64,000 nt of DNA from Alphaproteobacteria bacterium (GCA_963555825.3 CAUVXB020000001.1:1248001-1312000), one strand, 5' to 3'; numbered from the stretch's first letter, positions 53,668 to 64,000 are shown. Numbers and translations: made by a program. The notes: a model not told the origin generated them from the sequence alone.

Positions 53668-54188
53668 GCCGCGCTCTCCTCATCGAGGGTCAACCCCTTG
53701 GCCCTGGCCAGGTCCTTGAAGAATGTCGCGATGGCCTGCAACAGCATCAGCGCGATGCCGAACGTCATGATGATCTTGATCGGCGCCATGAGCGGCGACC
53801 ATGACGAATAGCTCGTCTCGCCGTAATACAGCGCGTACTCGGTGCTGGAAAATCCGCCGTAGAGCAGGAGCCCCAGATAGAAGATGAGGCAGAATGCGGT
53901 AATTGAGTCGACGAACCCCTTGCCCTTCGGCGACCACCGCCCGTAGACGAGGTCCATCCTGACGTGGGAATCGAGCTGCATGGAGTAGCCGCCGCCCAAC
54001 AGGTAATAGGCCGCCATCGAGAACTGGGCCAATTCCAGCGTCCATAACTGGGGAACGAAGAACGTCTTGGATATGGACGAAAAGAGCAGCAACCCCATCA
54101 TGGCGAAGATCATGTACATCGCGAACCGGCCGACCACGCGGTTCACGGCGTTGACGTATCGCACGTACAATCTTATGGCCCTGGGCAT
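53664..54188 (-). CDS. dctQ: TRAP transporter small permease
   Basis: WTLEL, HVRMDL, four TM helices. Confidence 0.9.
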   Translation of the reverse strand: MPRAIRLYVRYVNAVNRVVGRFAMYMIFAMMGLLLFSSISKTFFVPQLWTLELAQFSMAAYYLLGGGYSMQLDSHVRMDLVYGRWSPKGKGFVDSITAFCLIFYLGLLLYGGFSSTEYALYYGETSYSSWSPLMAPIKIIMTFGIALMLLQAIATFFKDLARAKGLTLDEESAA

Positions 54189-54400
54189 GGCGCCCCCTTT
54201 TCCGTCATGGCCGTGCGGGTCGGTCTTGCGGCTTCGATCGGATGCTTCATACCAAGGATCGGGACATGGCAACGGCCGCCGCTGTGACGCGACAGCCGCC
54301 CGCCCTTCGGCTACGACAGCCGACGATGGCCAGGAGACGCCGTTGTCCCCTGGCCATCGGGCTTAGGTCTTTACGCGGCGGAAATCCCGCCTCGTCCGGT

Positions 54401-55453
54401 TCAACCGTAGCGATAGGGACGGCCGGCATTCGCCATGGTTTCGGCGTATTCCTTGAAAATCTTTACCACCCTGGCGCTCCTGGGGCTATTGGCCGCAATC
54501 TCGTCCCAGAACTTGTGCGCTTCGTCCTCAAGTGTCTGCCACTCTTCATCGGGGATGGTGGTGAGCTTCAGCTTGGTGCCCTTGGTGCGAAGATGCGCCT
54601 CGCCGCCCCAGTACCAGTACTGCCGATAGTAATGCGAGCTGTCCATGCACAGCCTGAACAGCGCCTTCAGGTGCTCGGGCACTTCATTCCAGCGTTCGGT
54701 GTTGGCGAAGTAGGACCCGATCCAGGCGCCGGAGATGTTGTTGGTCAGGAAGTAGTCGGTCACATCGGCCCAGCCGACGGTGTAATCCTCCGTGATGCCG
54801 GACCAGGCGACGCCGTCCAGTTCACCCGTCTGACAGGCGACTTCGATGTCCTCCCAGGGAAGGGTCACCGGGACAACGCCGAAGCGCGACAGGAACTTGC
54901 CGGCCGTCGGGAACGTAAAGACGCGAAGGCCCTTGAGGTCCTCGAGGCTGTGGATCGGCTTGACCGTATTGAAGTGGCACGGATCCCATGCCCCGGCACT
55001 GAGCCAGGTGACGTTCTCGACCTCGCCGTAGGCTTCCTCCCAGATTTCCCGTAGCCCGTATTGCTCAAACAGCACGGGCACATCCAGGCTATAGCGTAAC
55101 CCGAAGGGGAAGTAGCCGCCGAACACGGACACGTCGACCGGCGCTGCGATCGAGTCGTCGTCGCTCTGGACGGCGTCGATCGTACCCTTCTGCATGGCGC
55201 GGAACAGTTCGCCGGTCGGTACCAACTGATCGGCGGTGTACAGCTCGATCACCATCTCGCCGTTGGCGACCTTGTTGAAGGCGTCGATCGACGGCTTGAT
55301 GACGTGCTCGGCCAGCGCCGGGCCGGCATAGGTCTGCAGCCGCCACTTGATGGTGCTTTGCGCCTTCACATAGGGCGCGCTCAGCGTCGTGGCGGCGACC
55401 ACACCGGCCGTCGCTGCGCCGGCTTGCTTCAGAAAATCACGTCTTTTCGTCAT
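54401..55453 (-). CDS. dctP: TRAP substrate-binding protein with Tat signal
   Basis: KRRDFLK, KWRLQT, PIHSLEDLKGLR. Confidence 0.9.
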   Translation of the reverse strand: MTKRRDFLKQAGAATAGVVAATTLSAPYVKAQSTIKWRLQTYAGPALAEHVIKPSIDAFNKVANGEMVIELYTADQLVPTGELFRAMQKGTIDAVQSDDDSIAAPVDVSVFGGYFPFGLRYSLDVPVLFEQYGLREIWEEAYGEVENVTWLSAGAWDPCHFNTVKPIHSLEDLKGLRVFTFPTAGKFLSRFGVVPVTLPWEDIEVACQTGELDGVAWSGITEDYTVGWADVTDYFLTNNISGAWIGSYFANTERWNEVPEHLKALFRLCMDSSHYYRQYWYWGGEAHLRTKGTKLKLTTIPDEEWQTLEDEAHKFWDEIAANSPRSARVVKIFKEYAETMANAGRPYRYG

Positions 55454-55585
55454 TCTGTAATCCTCCCTTAACGGATGAATTTAATCGTTGGTAAACGGCT
55501 ACGCATCCTAGCTGAATTTCGTTGCCTGGCCACCAGAATATGTCGGCGCCACCCGCCTTCGGCGGGCCGCGCCCGAGGATCGGGG

Positions 55586-56018
55586 TCAGGAGCGCGCCGG
55601 CAGGCCGAGCTTCACGCGGGCCTCGTCGGGGCTCAGCACCCGGGCGCCGAGGCGCTCGATGATGCCGACCGCCTTCTCGACCAGCTGGCCGTTCGACGCG
55701 AACACGCCGCGCTCGAGATAGAGGTTGTCCTCGAGCCCGACCCGGACGTTGCCGCCGAGCAGCACCGACTTGGCGACCATCGGCATCTGCATGCGCGAGA
55801 TGCCGAACAACGCCCAGACCGCGTCGTCGGGCAGCAGATCGCGCATCGCCAGCATGACTTGGGTTTCGGTCGGCGCACTGTGGCCGATGCCCAGGCACAG
55901 CTGGAACATCGGCGGGCCGTCGATCAGGCCGTCGTCGATGAGCTGACGCGCGAGCATGATCTGGCCGACGTCGAACACCTCGATCTCGGGTTTGACCCCG
56001 GCCGCCTGGATGCGCGAC
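55586..56018 (-). pseudogene. 3-keto-5-aminohexanoate cleavage (BKACE/DUF849) protein, 5' part removed by IS6
   Basis: KPEIEVFD, QLCLG, GNVRVGLEDN. Confidence 0.85.
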
Positions 56019-56824
56019 GGTGCTGTCACGGTAACTGGCTGGTGTCAGCTGCGGGTGGCGAGTAGCTTCCTGTTATGAACAAGATCAGCTACCGCCGACA
56101 TCGGTTTCCTGCAGAGATAATCCAGCGCGCCGTCTGGCTGTGTTTCCGGTTTCCGCTCAGTTACCGCGATGTGGAGGATCTGCTCGCTGAACGTGGTGTC
56201 GATGTTTCTTACGAGACGATACGGCGCTGGGCTTTAAAGTTTGGGCAGGCCTATGCCCGAAAACTGAGACAATCACGCCCTCGACCAGACGACCGGTGGC
56301 ACCTTGATGAGGTGTTTTCCTCCATCAACGGAAAACGGATGTATCTATGGCGGGCGGTGGACAGCGAGGGTGAGGTGCTGGATATCCTGGTTCAGTCCCG
56401 GAGGAACAAGAAAGCAGCACTCAAGCTGATGCGCAAACTGCTCAAGAAGCAGGGGTATGCGCCGAATAAGGTGGTGACCGATAAACTGCCATCTTACGGG
56501 GCAGCATTGCGTGATCTCAACATGACGGGGAAACACGTTACCGGCGGACGGAGCAACAATCGGGCGGAGAATTCGCACCTGCCGGTTCGACAACGAGAAC
56601 GCAGGATGCAGGGCTTCAAGTCATCAGGATCGGCGCAAAGGTTTCTCTCCACCCACGCCGCCATCTACAACACCTTCAATGTCCAACGTCATCTGATCAC
56701 TCGCAAGACAATGAGCCAATTCCGCGGTGACGCGATGAACACGTGGCGGACCGTGACCGCTGCTGCTTGAGCCGCTCAGTTCAGACGTTCAACTGCGACC
56801 TGCCTTCGTTAAGTTGACAGCACC
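56019..56824 (+). mobile_element. IS6-family IS, complete (transposase 56075-56770)
   Basis: GGTGCTGTCA...TGACAGCACC; no duplication; different genes truncated on each side. Confidence 0.95.
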
Positions 56825-57658
56825 CGTCACCGTACCCGATGCGCTCGCCACGTCATTCGGCGAAGCCGTTGATCCCGTACCGCTCGCTGAGGCCGACCAC
56901 GTTACGGTCGCTGGACCGGTGGCTGCACTGGACAGCGCGATCGTGAAGCTCACGTCGTCGCCTTCGTCGGCGGAACCTCCGGTAATCATCACCGCCGGTT
57001 TCCCGTCGTCGGTCACGGCGATGGTCACGTCCACTGTGTCCGTGCCCGACATGCTGTCCGTCACCCTGATCTTTACGGAGTAGCTTGCCTTGGTCTCGAA
57101 GTCGAGCGTGGCCTTGGTCTTGATCTGTCGCCTTGCCCCGTCGAACTCGAACGCGTCGGCGTCCGCGCCTTCCATCGTGTAGGTCAGGGTGTCCCCATCG
57201 TCGGCGTCCGTCGCGCTCGGGATGACCTCGCCGATGTCCGTGGCCCGCGCCGTGTTCTCGACGATCGTGCGCGTCAGCGTGTCGTCGGAGAACATTGGCG
57301 CTTCGGCCATCGCGGCCGGCGATGTCGCCACCGAGGCGAGCGCTATCGCGCCTGCGCCGATGCGCAGTGCATGCTTCGCTGCCCTCGCGCGTGCCCTCGC
57401 GAGCCATTCGCGGTTCGTTACCTTTATTGAGCTGTCGCGCGCATCGTCGGTCATGGCGCTGCAAGCGTGTTCCTCAACCATTTCGATTGCCTCTGTCTGT
57501 TGGTTCCCGGCTCCGAGCCGGGCGGTGTCGGGTCCGAAGGTTTGTTTCCTCGGCCGAGATTGCGTCTTCCTTCTGGTCTTTCGATCTGTCCTGTCGTGCG
57601 CTTCGCATGCTTGGAGCGCTTCCGACCCTGTCCTGTTTTCCGATCCTTCGTCCGCCAT
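56825..57658 (-). pseudogene. Cadherin/Calx-beta domain surface protein, N-terminal part, truncated by IS6
   Basis: ATDADDGDTLTY, LDFETKASYSV, ADEGDDVSFTIALS; hydrophobic signal-like segment. Confidence 0.8.
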
Positions 57659-57782
57659 TCCTGCCCTGTCGATCCCAGTTGCCTCTCACCCCGCGTCTAA
57701 TCGATTACCGTCCGCCTCTCACTTCACGCGTTCGCGGCGTCCGGCGCCAGTCATTGGGTGTAGGTCTCAAACTGACCGTTCT

Positions 57783-59471
57783 TCATGCCCGCCTTCGGGT
57801 CCGGCGTCGTTCGAGCATCGGCTGCCCGAATGCGTCGGTGCTCCCTGTGCAAGCGCTGTCGACGGTGCACCCGCACCGCCGTTGTACCGCTGTGCGCCCG
57901 TGGTCTCGCGCGCGGGCTTGGTTCTCCGCCCCCGCTTGACCGGCGCAGCGCTTCCTTGCCGTTCTCAGCTCGCCCCACAACGCGTTCTTCGCTGCTCCGT
58001 CGGTGAGTCCTTGCGCTTTCAGCGCGAGCCATCGCAGCGCGCGAGCGCGCAGGACTTGTCCTGCGTTCACGTCGGCGTTGGCCTTGTGCTCGCACGCCGT
58101 GCATTCGAACCGGCGTTTGTCGCGACTCTTTGCGTCGACGTGTCCGCATGCGGCACACGTCGTGCTGGAGTCCATCGCGGGAAGCTTCAGCACCGTGCCG
58201 CCACGCGCTTCGAGCGCTGCCTTCAGCGTGTCTTGCGTGAATCCCCACAGCGCTGAGCGGATGCTGCGGTTGAGCCCTCTCTTCGCTGCAACGCCCGCCC
58301 ACGCCCGTCCCCGGGCGCTTGCGCCCATGCCTGTGATGTTGAGGGATTCGAGACCGAGGACGTCAAACATCGCGGCGAAGTCTTTCGCCGCCTTGCGAAT
58401 CGCATCGCGGTCGCGTGACCGCATTGCCGCTTTCTCGCTACGGAGTTGTTCCAAGTGTTCATGCCATTGTCGCGAACCTTGGACGCACTTGTTCATCGCC
58501 CGTTGTGCGTCGAGGACGACGTCCATGCCCACTGTGTGGTCTGGCAACGTGATCGTTCGCCCGTTGTGCATGGTCAGGGTGTCGGCACACCCCATGTCGG
58601 CGCCGGCGACGAGAGGTGTCTGCCTTCGCCGTTTCGTTCGGGGTACGACATCGACGAGCACTGCCAGGTGGACTTCGACTCGCGTGCGCCCCCGACTCCC
58701 GTGTTTCACGCACACCTTCGCTGCGCGAAGGCGTGCTGCTTCGGGTAGTGGATTGTTCGCAACGACTTCGACTTCTCCCAGACCGACCAACCCGACGGTG
58801 TTCGCATCCACCCGCCGCGGCGGTGTGTCCCACACCACCGCGCAGCGTCCCTTCGTCTTCCTGCGTCGGAGCAGTTGTGTGCGCGCACCGTCGCCGGAGC
58901 GCTCGTCGCGCCACGTCGCTGCACTCTTTGGTGGTGCGCGGTTTTCCTTGACCGCTTTGCGCTTGTCCTTGACCGCTTTGCGCTTGTCCTCGATGTCGAG
59001 TCCGTCCCAGGCTCCAGCGTCCCAGTCCAGATGCTTTGACATCCACTTCTTCCAGGAGGCGTCTTCTCCGAGCACCCGCGCGACGCGCGCTCTCGTCGCG
59101 TCCTCATGAAGCTTCAGCGCGGTTCTCGCCTGTCCAACCGCAGGACGTGCGAGCACCACCGGCACGTTGCCCATCCACGGGGTCTCGCTTCGCCACTCGG
59201 TGAGCCGCCCGGACAGCCCGTCGGGATGCGCTGGACTCTTCTGCTTTGCCGGCACGCTTCCGCCTTGCGGCGCGATGTCGGCGATCGTCCGGTTGTAGAC
59301 CCCGCGCTGAACGTGCCGGCAACGCGTGAGCGCGGCGTCGAGCGCCAGCGTCCACTTTGCCCGGTAAATGCGGGTGCGCAGCACGGTTGGGGGGGCTCGA
59401 CACTCTGTCACCGCTTTGCCCTCACCTTCCCCTGTTTTTCCTTCAGGCTTCACGCTTTCAGTCAGTTGCAT
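57783..59471 (-). CDS. tnpB: TnpB-like RNA-guided endonuclease (562 aa; true start may be a little downstream)
   Basis: RuvC-I GADMG, RuvC-II GLESLNI, Zn finger CAACGH...CTAC, RuvC-III NADVNA. Confidence 0.85.
   Translation of the reverse strand: MQLTESVKPEGKTGEGEGKAVTECRAPPTVLRTRIYRAKWTLALDAALTRCRHVQRGVYNRTIADIAPQGGSVPAKQKSPAHPDGLSGRLTEWRSETPWMGNVPVVLARPAVGQARTALKLHEDATRARVARVLGEDASWKKWMSKHLDWDAGAWDGLDIEDKRKAVKDKRKAVKENRAPPKSAATWRDERSGDGARTQLLRRRKTKGRCAVVWDTPPRRVDANTVGLVGLGEVEVVANNPLPEAARLRAAKVCVKHGSRGRTRVEVHLAVLVDVVPRTKRRRQTPLVAGADMGCADTLTMHNGRTITLPDHTVGMDVVLDAQRAMNKCVQGSRQWHEHLEQLRSEKAAMRSRDRDAIRKAAKDFAAMFDVLGLESLNITGMGASARGRAWAGVAAKRGLNRSIRSALWGFTQDTLKAALEARGGTVLKLPAMDSSTTCAACGHVDAKSRDKRRFECTACEHKANADVNAGQVLRARALRWLALKAQGLTDGAAKNALWGELRTARKRCAGQAGAENQARARDHGRTAVQRRCGCTVDSACTGSTDAFGQPMLERRRTRRRA
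58945..58990 (-). repeat. 21-bp in-frame tandem duplication in tnpB
   Basis: Encodes DKRKAVK-DKRKAVK. Confidence 0.85.
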
Positions 59472-59594
59472 TGTCCCAACTTGTCAGTTCGAGAGCTACA
59501 CCCAATCGTTCACGAGAATCGCCGAACCACATGCTGCGAGTCGGCGAAGTCGGTGTAGTGCTTGGGGGCCAGCGCAAGGCCGCCTGCGCTACGG

Positions 59595-60380
59595 TTACTT
59601 GTCGCCTTTTTCAAGGTCGAGCTCATTCCAAGTCATCAATCGAACTTCGTCACGGCGCTGGCCGGTTAGAAAAAGCATACGAACGAGGCTACGTGCCGTT
59701 GGTGAGCAGGTGCTTGTGGCATCCCAAATTGCACGGATTTCATCGCGGGAAAGAAAGCGGTCCCGGCTGCGCTCCTTGAACCGCTTTTTCTTTCCCCGAT
59801 TGATGGAAGCGACCGGATTGACGTCTATCCATTCACGGTCCTCGACGGCCCAATTGCAGAACGCTTTGATCTGGCTGACGACGCGATTGACCTGGACCGT
59901 CAGCCCTTCGCCAGCGAGATCGTCCATAAGCTCTAGAACGTGTGCTCTGGTCAGATCCTGCAATGGAATGTTGCCAACCCGGCTAAGGACGTGTTTCTCG
60001 AATAGGCGATCGGTCTGTCGCCAGGACTTTTGGTGCTCCTTGCAATGCTCCTCGATGTAGGCTCGCGCAGCCTGCTCCACGGTGCGCTGTCGGCGTTGAT
60101 CCGTTTCCGCCTTCGCTTCGGGGTCAATGTCATGCTTGGCCAGATTTCCAATCTCAAGGGACTTTCACCGCGCTTCACTCAGCGTTATTGCGGGAAAGGT
60201 TCCGAGGCCGATGCGCTGGCGCTGGCCATTAAACCTATACCGACAATCCCAGGATTTTGCCGTCTCGGAAACGCGGAGCGTTAGGTTCCAGCCGTTCGGG
60301 TTGGTGTCGGCGTATTCAGCTCGCTCGCCACTGGCTGCCTTTGCTGTCTGACAGAACCGGTCCGTGAGATTCTTTTTCAT
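59595..60380 (-). pseudogene. P4-like tyrosine integrase, internal stop and C-terminal truncation
   Basis: Arm-binding YRFNG..RIGLGTFPAITLSEAR, TGA at 60165-60167, LTGQRRDEV; later catalytic residues absent. Confidence 0.85.
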
Positions 60381-60385
60381 CTGAA

Positions 60386-62045
60386 CCGACATTCCCCAGA
60401 TGACATCCAAATTCGCGGAAATCGTACCACGGCCCCATCTCCAAGGGAACTCTGTTCCCATTGCAGCGATCCGATGACATGATTTTGGTAATCGGCCAGC
60501 GCGTGGAAGGCCATTTGGTCGTTTCTCTTGCCATCCAGACACACCTCTCGTGTCGCAATCTCCTTGCCGTCGATTCCCTCGGCCTACGCCGGAGCGGGTC
60601 TTCGTCGTAGATCATCAATCAGGCTCAAGATTTTCTGGAACAAGCTTCTTGGGACTGCAACCTCGGCCAATTGAAATGTGACGTACCGGCCATGGCTGAC
60701 AACTTTCGCACCGATCTTGACCAGCTTCTCCCTCAGCGTCGTCAGCGACCATTGCTCCACGGCATCGGGCAACGCCAGGGTACGCATGAAGTTGCCGAGG
60801 TTATAGGCGAGTGCATGCAGCTGGAGCCGGACGGCATTGTTGCGTAACGAACGGCATGACAGCCGCGTCCACTTGATGGCGTTCTTGCCTTCCTTGATCC
60901 ATTGCTCGGCAGTGCCGCGCTGATTGTAGAACGCAACAACCCGCTCGGCAGGACGGCTCAGGTTGGTGACGCTTGAGCGGTGAAACCGATCAAGGCCGAC
61001 GCGGGGATACAGTTCCCCTGAGTGCCACTCCACCTTGGCGACGACCCGGCGGGGCTCCGTCCAGCTACCGGCCCGATAGCTGAAGTTCGCGTAATACCGA
61101 CGAACTTCCTTCGGCGGCCGACCGACGGGGCGCTTGAGCAGGTGCGCGATGCTGTCGTGCAGCACCTTGTTGGCCGGAAGCCGGATGGCGTACTTGAAGC
61201 CTTCCGCTTCCAGAAACTCATAAACCTCGGGCGAGGCGAAGGCGGCGTCACCACGGAAATAACGCCGGAGTGTCTTGTTCCGGTATCGAGCGACCACCGG
61301 GTCCAACACATCGCGCCATTCATGGGCGCTGTGCACGTTGCCCGGACGCAGGGCGCAACGCTCCAGATCGCCGAACTGGTTGAACACGAACAGCGGGTGA
61401 TAGCACGTGCAGCCGAAGTGACCGTTGTAGGCCGTGCCCTCCTGGTCACCGTAGGTCGGGCTGACGGAGCTGTCCATGTCGAGCACGATAATCTTCGGCG
61501 GCTTGCGCTCGTTAACCTGGTCGATCCAGATGCCCAAAAGGTCAGCGAGCGCGGCGAGGTTGTCATTGGTGGCGAGTAACTCCGTCTCGAACCGGCCCAT
61601 CTGGCTGGTCGATGCGCCGCCGCGCTCGACAGCCCTGCCGCCGACGATCCACCGCATCGCAGGATCGCGCCCCAGCCGGTCGGCGTCGTTCACGTCCTCG
61701 TACCCGGCGAGACGACCATAGACGGATTGGCGAAGGAGACCGATGATGCCGTGCCAACCGTTCTTGCCGGTCCGGCTGTCAGCAATAACGTCACCGGCCA
61801 GCGTGGTCAGGCCGAGGGCTTCGTCCAGTTCACGATAGGCGAGCAGACCAGCGTCTGACGTGATCCGCGAACCGTGGAACTCGAACTTCAGTCTTCGGTC
61901 GAAAAACGCCCGCAGAAGCCCCCGATCCGACTCACCCTCCAGGTTCCGCATTCGACCCACCCTCCGTCTGATCTAATCCACTGATTCTTATACAGGAATC
62001 AGACGGAAACCGCATCAGATGGATCGGTCACTTGGGGAATGCGGG
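60386..62045 (-). mobile_element. IS1380-family IS (transposase 60584-61960)
   Basis: IRL CCCGCATTCCCC, IRR CCGACATTCCCC; open 458-aa ORF. Confidence 0.93.
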
Positions 62046-62217
62046 TTTAGAGGGCCTCATGGTGGCCAGCGCGCTGTGATTGTCGGCGTATCCGATGAGG
62101 CGTAACAATCACCTCTATAGACGCGCGGTGGCAGTTGTGGGTAGATTTGTCGGTTCAGGTGAACGGTTCCGGCTAAGGAGCCACGTCTACAAGAATAACC
62201 GAACTGGGAGACATCGA

Positions 62218-63198
62218 ATGCATCATTCCATCAAAAAGGCGACGCTCGGCCTCGCCGGGCTGGCGGTCGCGGCGTCCTTCGCCTTGGCGCCGGCCGCGCG
62301 GGCCGGCAGCGTTCCCGAAACGCCGGATCCGATAAAGCTGGCGATCAACGAGTGGACCGGCCAGCACATCACGACCCATGTCGCGGGCGAGATCCTCAAG
62401 CGCATGGGCTACTCGGTCGAGTACGTGACCGCGGGCTATTACCCGCAGATGACGGCGCTCGAGGACGACACCATCACCGCGACTCTCGAGATTTGGAGCT
62501 CAAACATCGGCGAGAACTACGACAAGGCGCTCGCGACCGGCAATGTCATCGAGATCGGCGACCTCGGCCTCGAGCCGCGGGAAGGCTGGATGTACCCCAA
62601 ATATGTCGAGGCCCAGTGTCCGGGCCTGCCCGACTGGGAGGCGCTGATGAAATGCGCCGAGGTGTTCGCGACGCCCGAGACCTTCCCCAAGGGCCGCTTC
62701 CTCGACTATCCGCTCGACTGGGGCACCACCAACGTCGACCGCATCAAAGCCCTGGGGTTGGATTTCGTCTCGGTGCCGTCGGGCGGCGAAGGCTCGCTGG
62801 TGGCCGAGATCAAGAGCGCGGTATCGCGCAAGGACCCGCTGATCATGCAGTTCTGGGCGCCACACTGGCTGCATGCCGAGGTCGAGATGGCGATCGTCAA
62901 TCTGCCACCCCATGAGGCTGGCTGCTACGACGACGCGTCCTGGGGACTCAACCCGAACGCCACCTACGACTGCGACTGGGAGCTCGGCTACATCAAGAAG
63001 ATGGTCTGGATCGGCATGGAAGAGAAGTGGCCGGCGGCGTTCCGCCTACTCAAGAACTACAAGCTGAACAACGCCGCGCAGAATGCCATGATGGCCGAAA
63101 TCGACGTCAAGGGCCGGCCTGTCGAGGAGGTCGTGGCCGAATGGCTCGACGCCAACGAGGGCACCTGGCGTCCCTGGGTCGACCAGGCGATGATGTAA
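62218..63198 (+). CDS. Glycine betaine/proline ABC substrate-binding protein (ProX-like)
   Basis: Signal peptide, NEWTGQ, LEIW, CPGLPDW, WAPHW. Confidence 0.88.
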   Translation: MHHSIKKATLGLAGLAVAASFALAPAARAGSVPETPDPIKLAINEWTGQHITTHVAGEILKRMGYSVEYVTAGYYPQMTALEDDTITATLEIWSSNIGENYDKALATGNVIEIGDLGLEPREGWMYPKYVEAQCPGLPDWEALMKCAEVFATPETFPKGRFLDYPLDWGTTNVDRIKALGLDFVSVPSGGEGSLVAEIKSAVSRKDPLIMQFWAPHWLHAEVEMAIVNLPPHEAGCYDDASWGLNPNATYDCDWELGYIKKMVWIGMEEKWPAAFRLLKNYKLNNAAQNAMMAEIDVKGRPVEEVVAEWLDANEGTWRPWVDQAMM

Positions 63199-63225
63199 GC
63201 GCCGGCAGATGATTTCTGCTTTGTG

Positions 63226-63250
63226 CGGGACCGGGCAATTGCCCGGTCCC
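63226..63250. other. Intergenic hairpin GGGACCGGGCAATTGCCCGGTCCC
   Basis: Perfect palindrome between the SBP and ATPase genes. Confidence 0.6.
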
Positions 63251-63285
63251 GTCGCATGAGCCTATCGATCCTACGGCATCCGTCG

Positions 63286-64000
63286 ATGTCCGAGAACATC
63301 AGCGAAGGCGCGGCGAACGGCGAGATCAAGCTGTCGTGCCGCAACCTGTGGAAGATCTACGGGCCCGAGCCCGAGGGCTTCTTCACCGATTCGGGCGGCG
63401 CCGTCGCCGACACGTCGGGCCATATCGAACAGATCCGGAGCACCGGGCACATCGCCGCCGCCTGCGACGTGAGCTTCGACGTCCGCGAGGGCGAGATCTT
63501 CATCATCATGGGGCTTTCGGGCTCGGGCAAGTCGACCGTGGTGCGCTGCCTGTCGCGCCTGGTCGAGCCGACCGCCGGCGCGGTGCTGTTCGACGGCGAT
63601 GACCTGCTCAAGGTTTCCAAGGCCGAACTAATCGACATCAGGCGCCACAAGATGGGCATGGTGTTCCAGAACTTCGGCCTGATGCCGCATCTGACCGTGC
63701 TGGAGAACGTCGCTTTTCCCCTCAAGATCCAAGGTATCGGGCGCGAACAACGATTCGCCCGGGCCCAGGAGATGCTCGATCTGGTCGGCCTCGAGGGCCG
63801 CGAAGCCGCCTTCCCGCGCCAGCTTTCGGGCGGCCAGCAGCAGCGCGTCGGCATCGCCCGCAGCCTCGCCGTCGAGCCCGCGGTGTGGTTCCTCGACGAG
63901 CCCTTCTCGGCGCTCGACCCGCTGATCCGCCGCCAGATGCAGGACGAGTTCCTGCGCCTCCAGCGCCTGCTGCACAAGACCATCGTGTTCATCACCCACG
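63286..64000 (+). CDS. Glycine betaine ABC ATPase (ProV/OpuAA-like), runs off the window
   Basis: MGLSGSGKST, LSGGQQQRVG, DEPFSALDPLIR. Confidence 0.92.
   Translation, partial: MSENISEGAANGEIKLSCRNLWKIYGPEPEGFFTDSGGAVADTSGHIEQIRSTGHIAAACDVSFDVREGEIFIIMGLSGSGKSTVVRCLSRLVEPTAGAVLFDGDDLLKVSKAELIDIRRHKMGMVFQNFGLMPHLTVLENVAFPLKIQGIGREQRFARAQEMLDLVGLEGREAAFPRQLSGGQQQRVGIARSLAVEPAVWFLDEPFSALDPLIRRQMQDEFLRLQRLLHKTIVFITH

Larger units (their letters stand above)
57755..59504 (-). mobile_element. TnpB-only element with terminal inverted repeats
   Basis: TGGGTGTAGGTCTCAAACTGAC / GTCAGTTCGAGAGCTACACCCA (20/22), each flanked by AT. Confidence 0.75.

Noticed and set aside
57760-57776. GTTTGAGAC resembling a CRISPR repeat next to a Cas12-like gene
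   Set aside because: Single occurrence, explained as part of the terminal inverted repeat; no array
59595-60380. Integrase as mobiliser of the TnpB element, or an active prophage
   Set aside because: Internal stop, catalytic C-terminus missing, lies outside the IRs; no phage genes or att site seen

Overview
GC-rich bacterial window, probably an alphaproteobacterium, in which roughly half the DNA is nested, often truncated insertion sequences (IS630 x4, IS21 x3, IS6 x4, IS3 x4, IS1380 x4, IS1595, IS66, IS110/IS1111 remnants, IS1182, IS256). These are interleaved with islands of uptake and C1/methylated-amine metabolism genes: a Dpp/Opp ABC operon with an EEP hydrolase, a CCAEP-tail radical SAM protein, gfa, an MlrC / homocysteine methyltransferase / amidinotransferase / M24 peptidase / PotD-like cluster, sgaA-mtkAB-LysR, a TRAP transporter and a betaine ABC transporter. 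Most notable observations: (1) a 562-aa TnpB-like nuclease with intact catalytic motifs that fills a 1.75-kb element bounded by TG...CA terminal inverted repeats and an AT duplication, unlike canonical IS200/IS605; (2) an IS1595 transposon carrying a DNA methyltransferase-HNH fusion; (3) IS1111-type bridge/seek RNA remnants, one whose predicted guides match the IS21 istA site it sits in and one with a tandemly duplicated target loop; (4) a covarying multi-hairpin repeat of about 125 nt in three copies; (5) an ISEcp1-style IS1380 transposition unit and a transposase-less cassette with 43-bp IRs. No rRNA, tRNA or CRISPR array was seen. Family calls come from motif recognition by eye, not from database searches.
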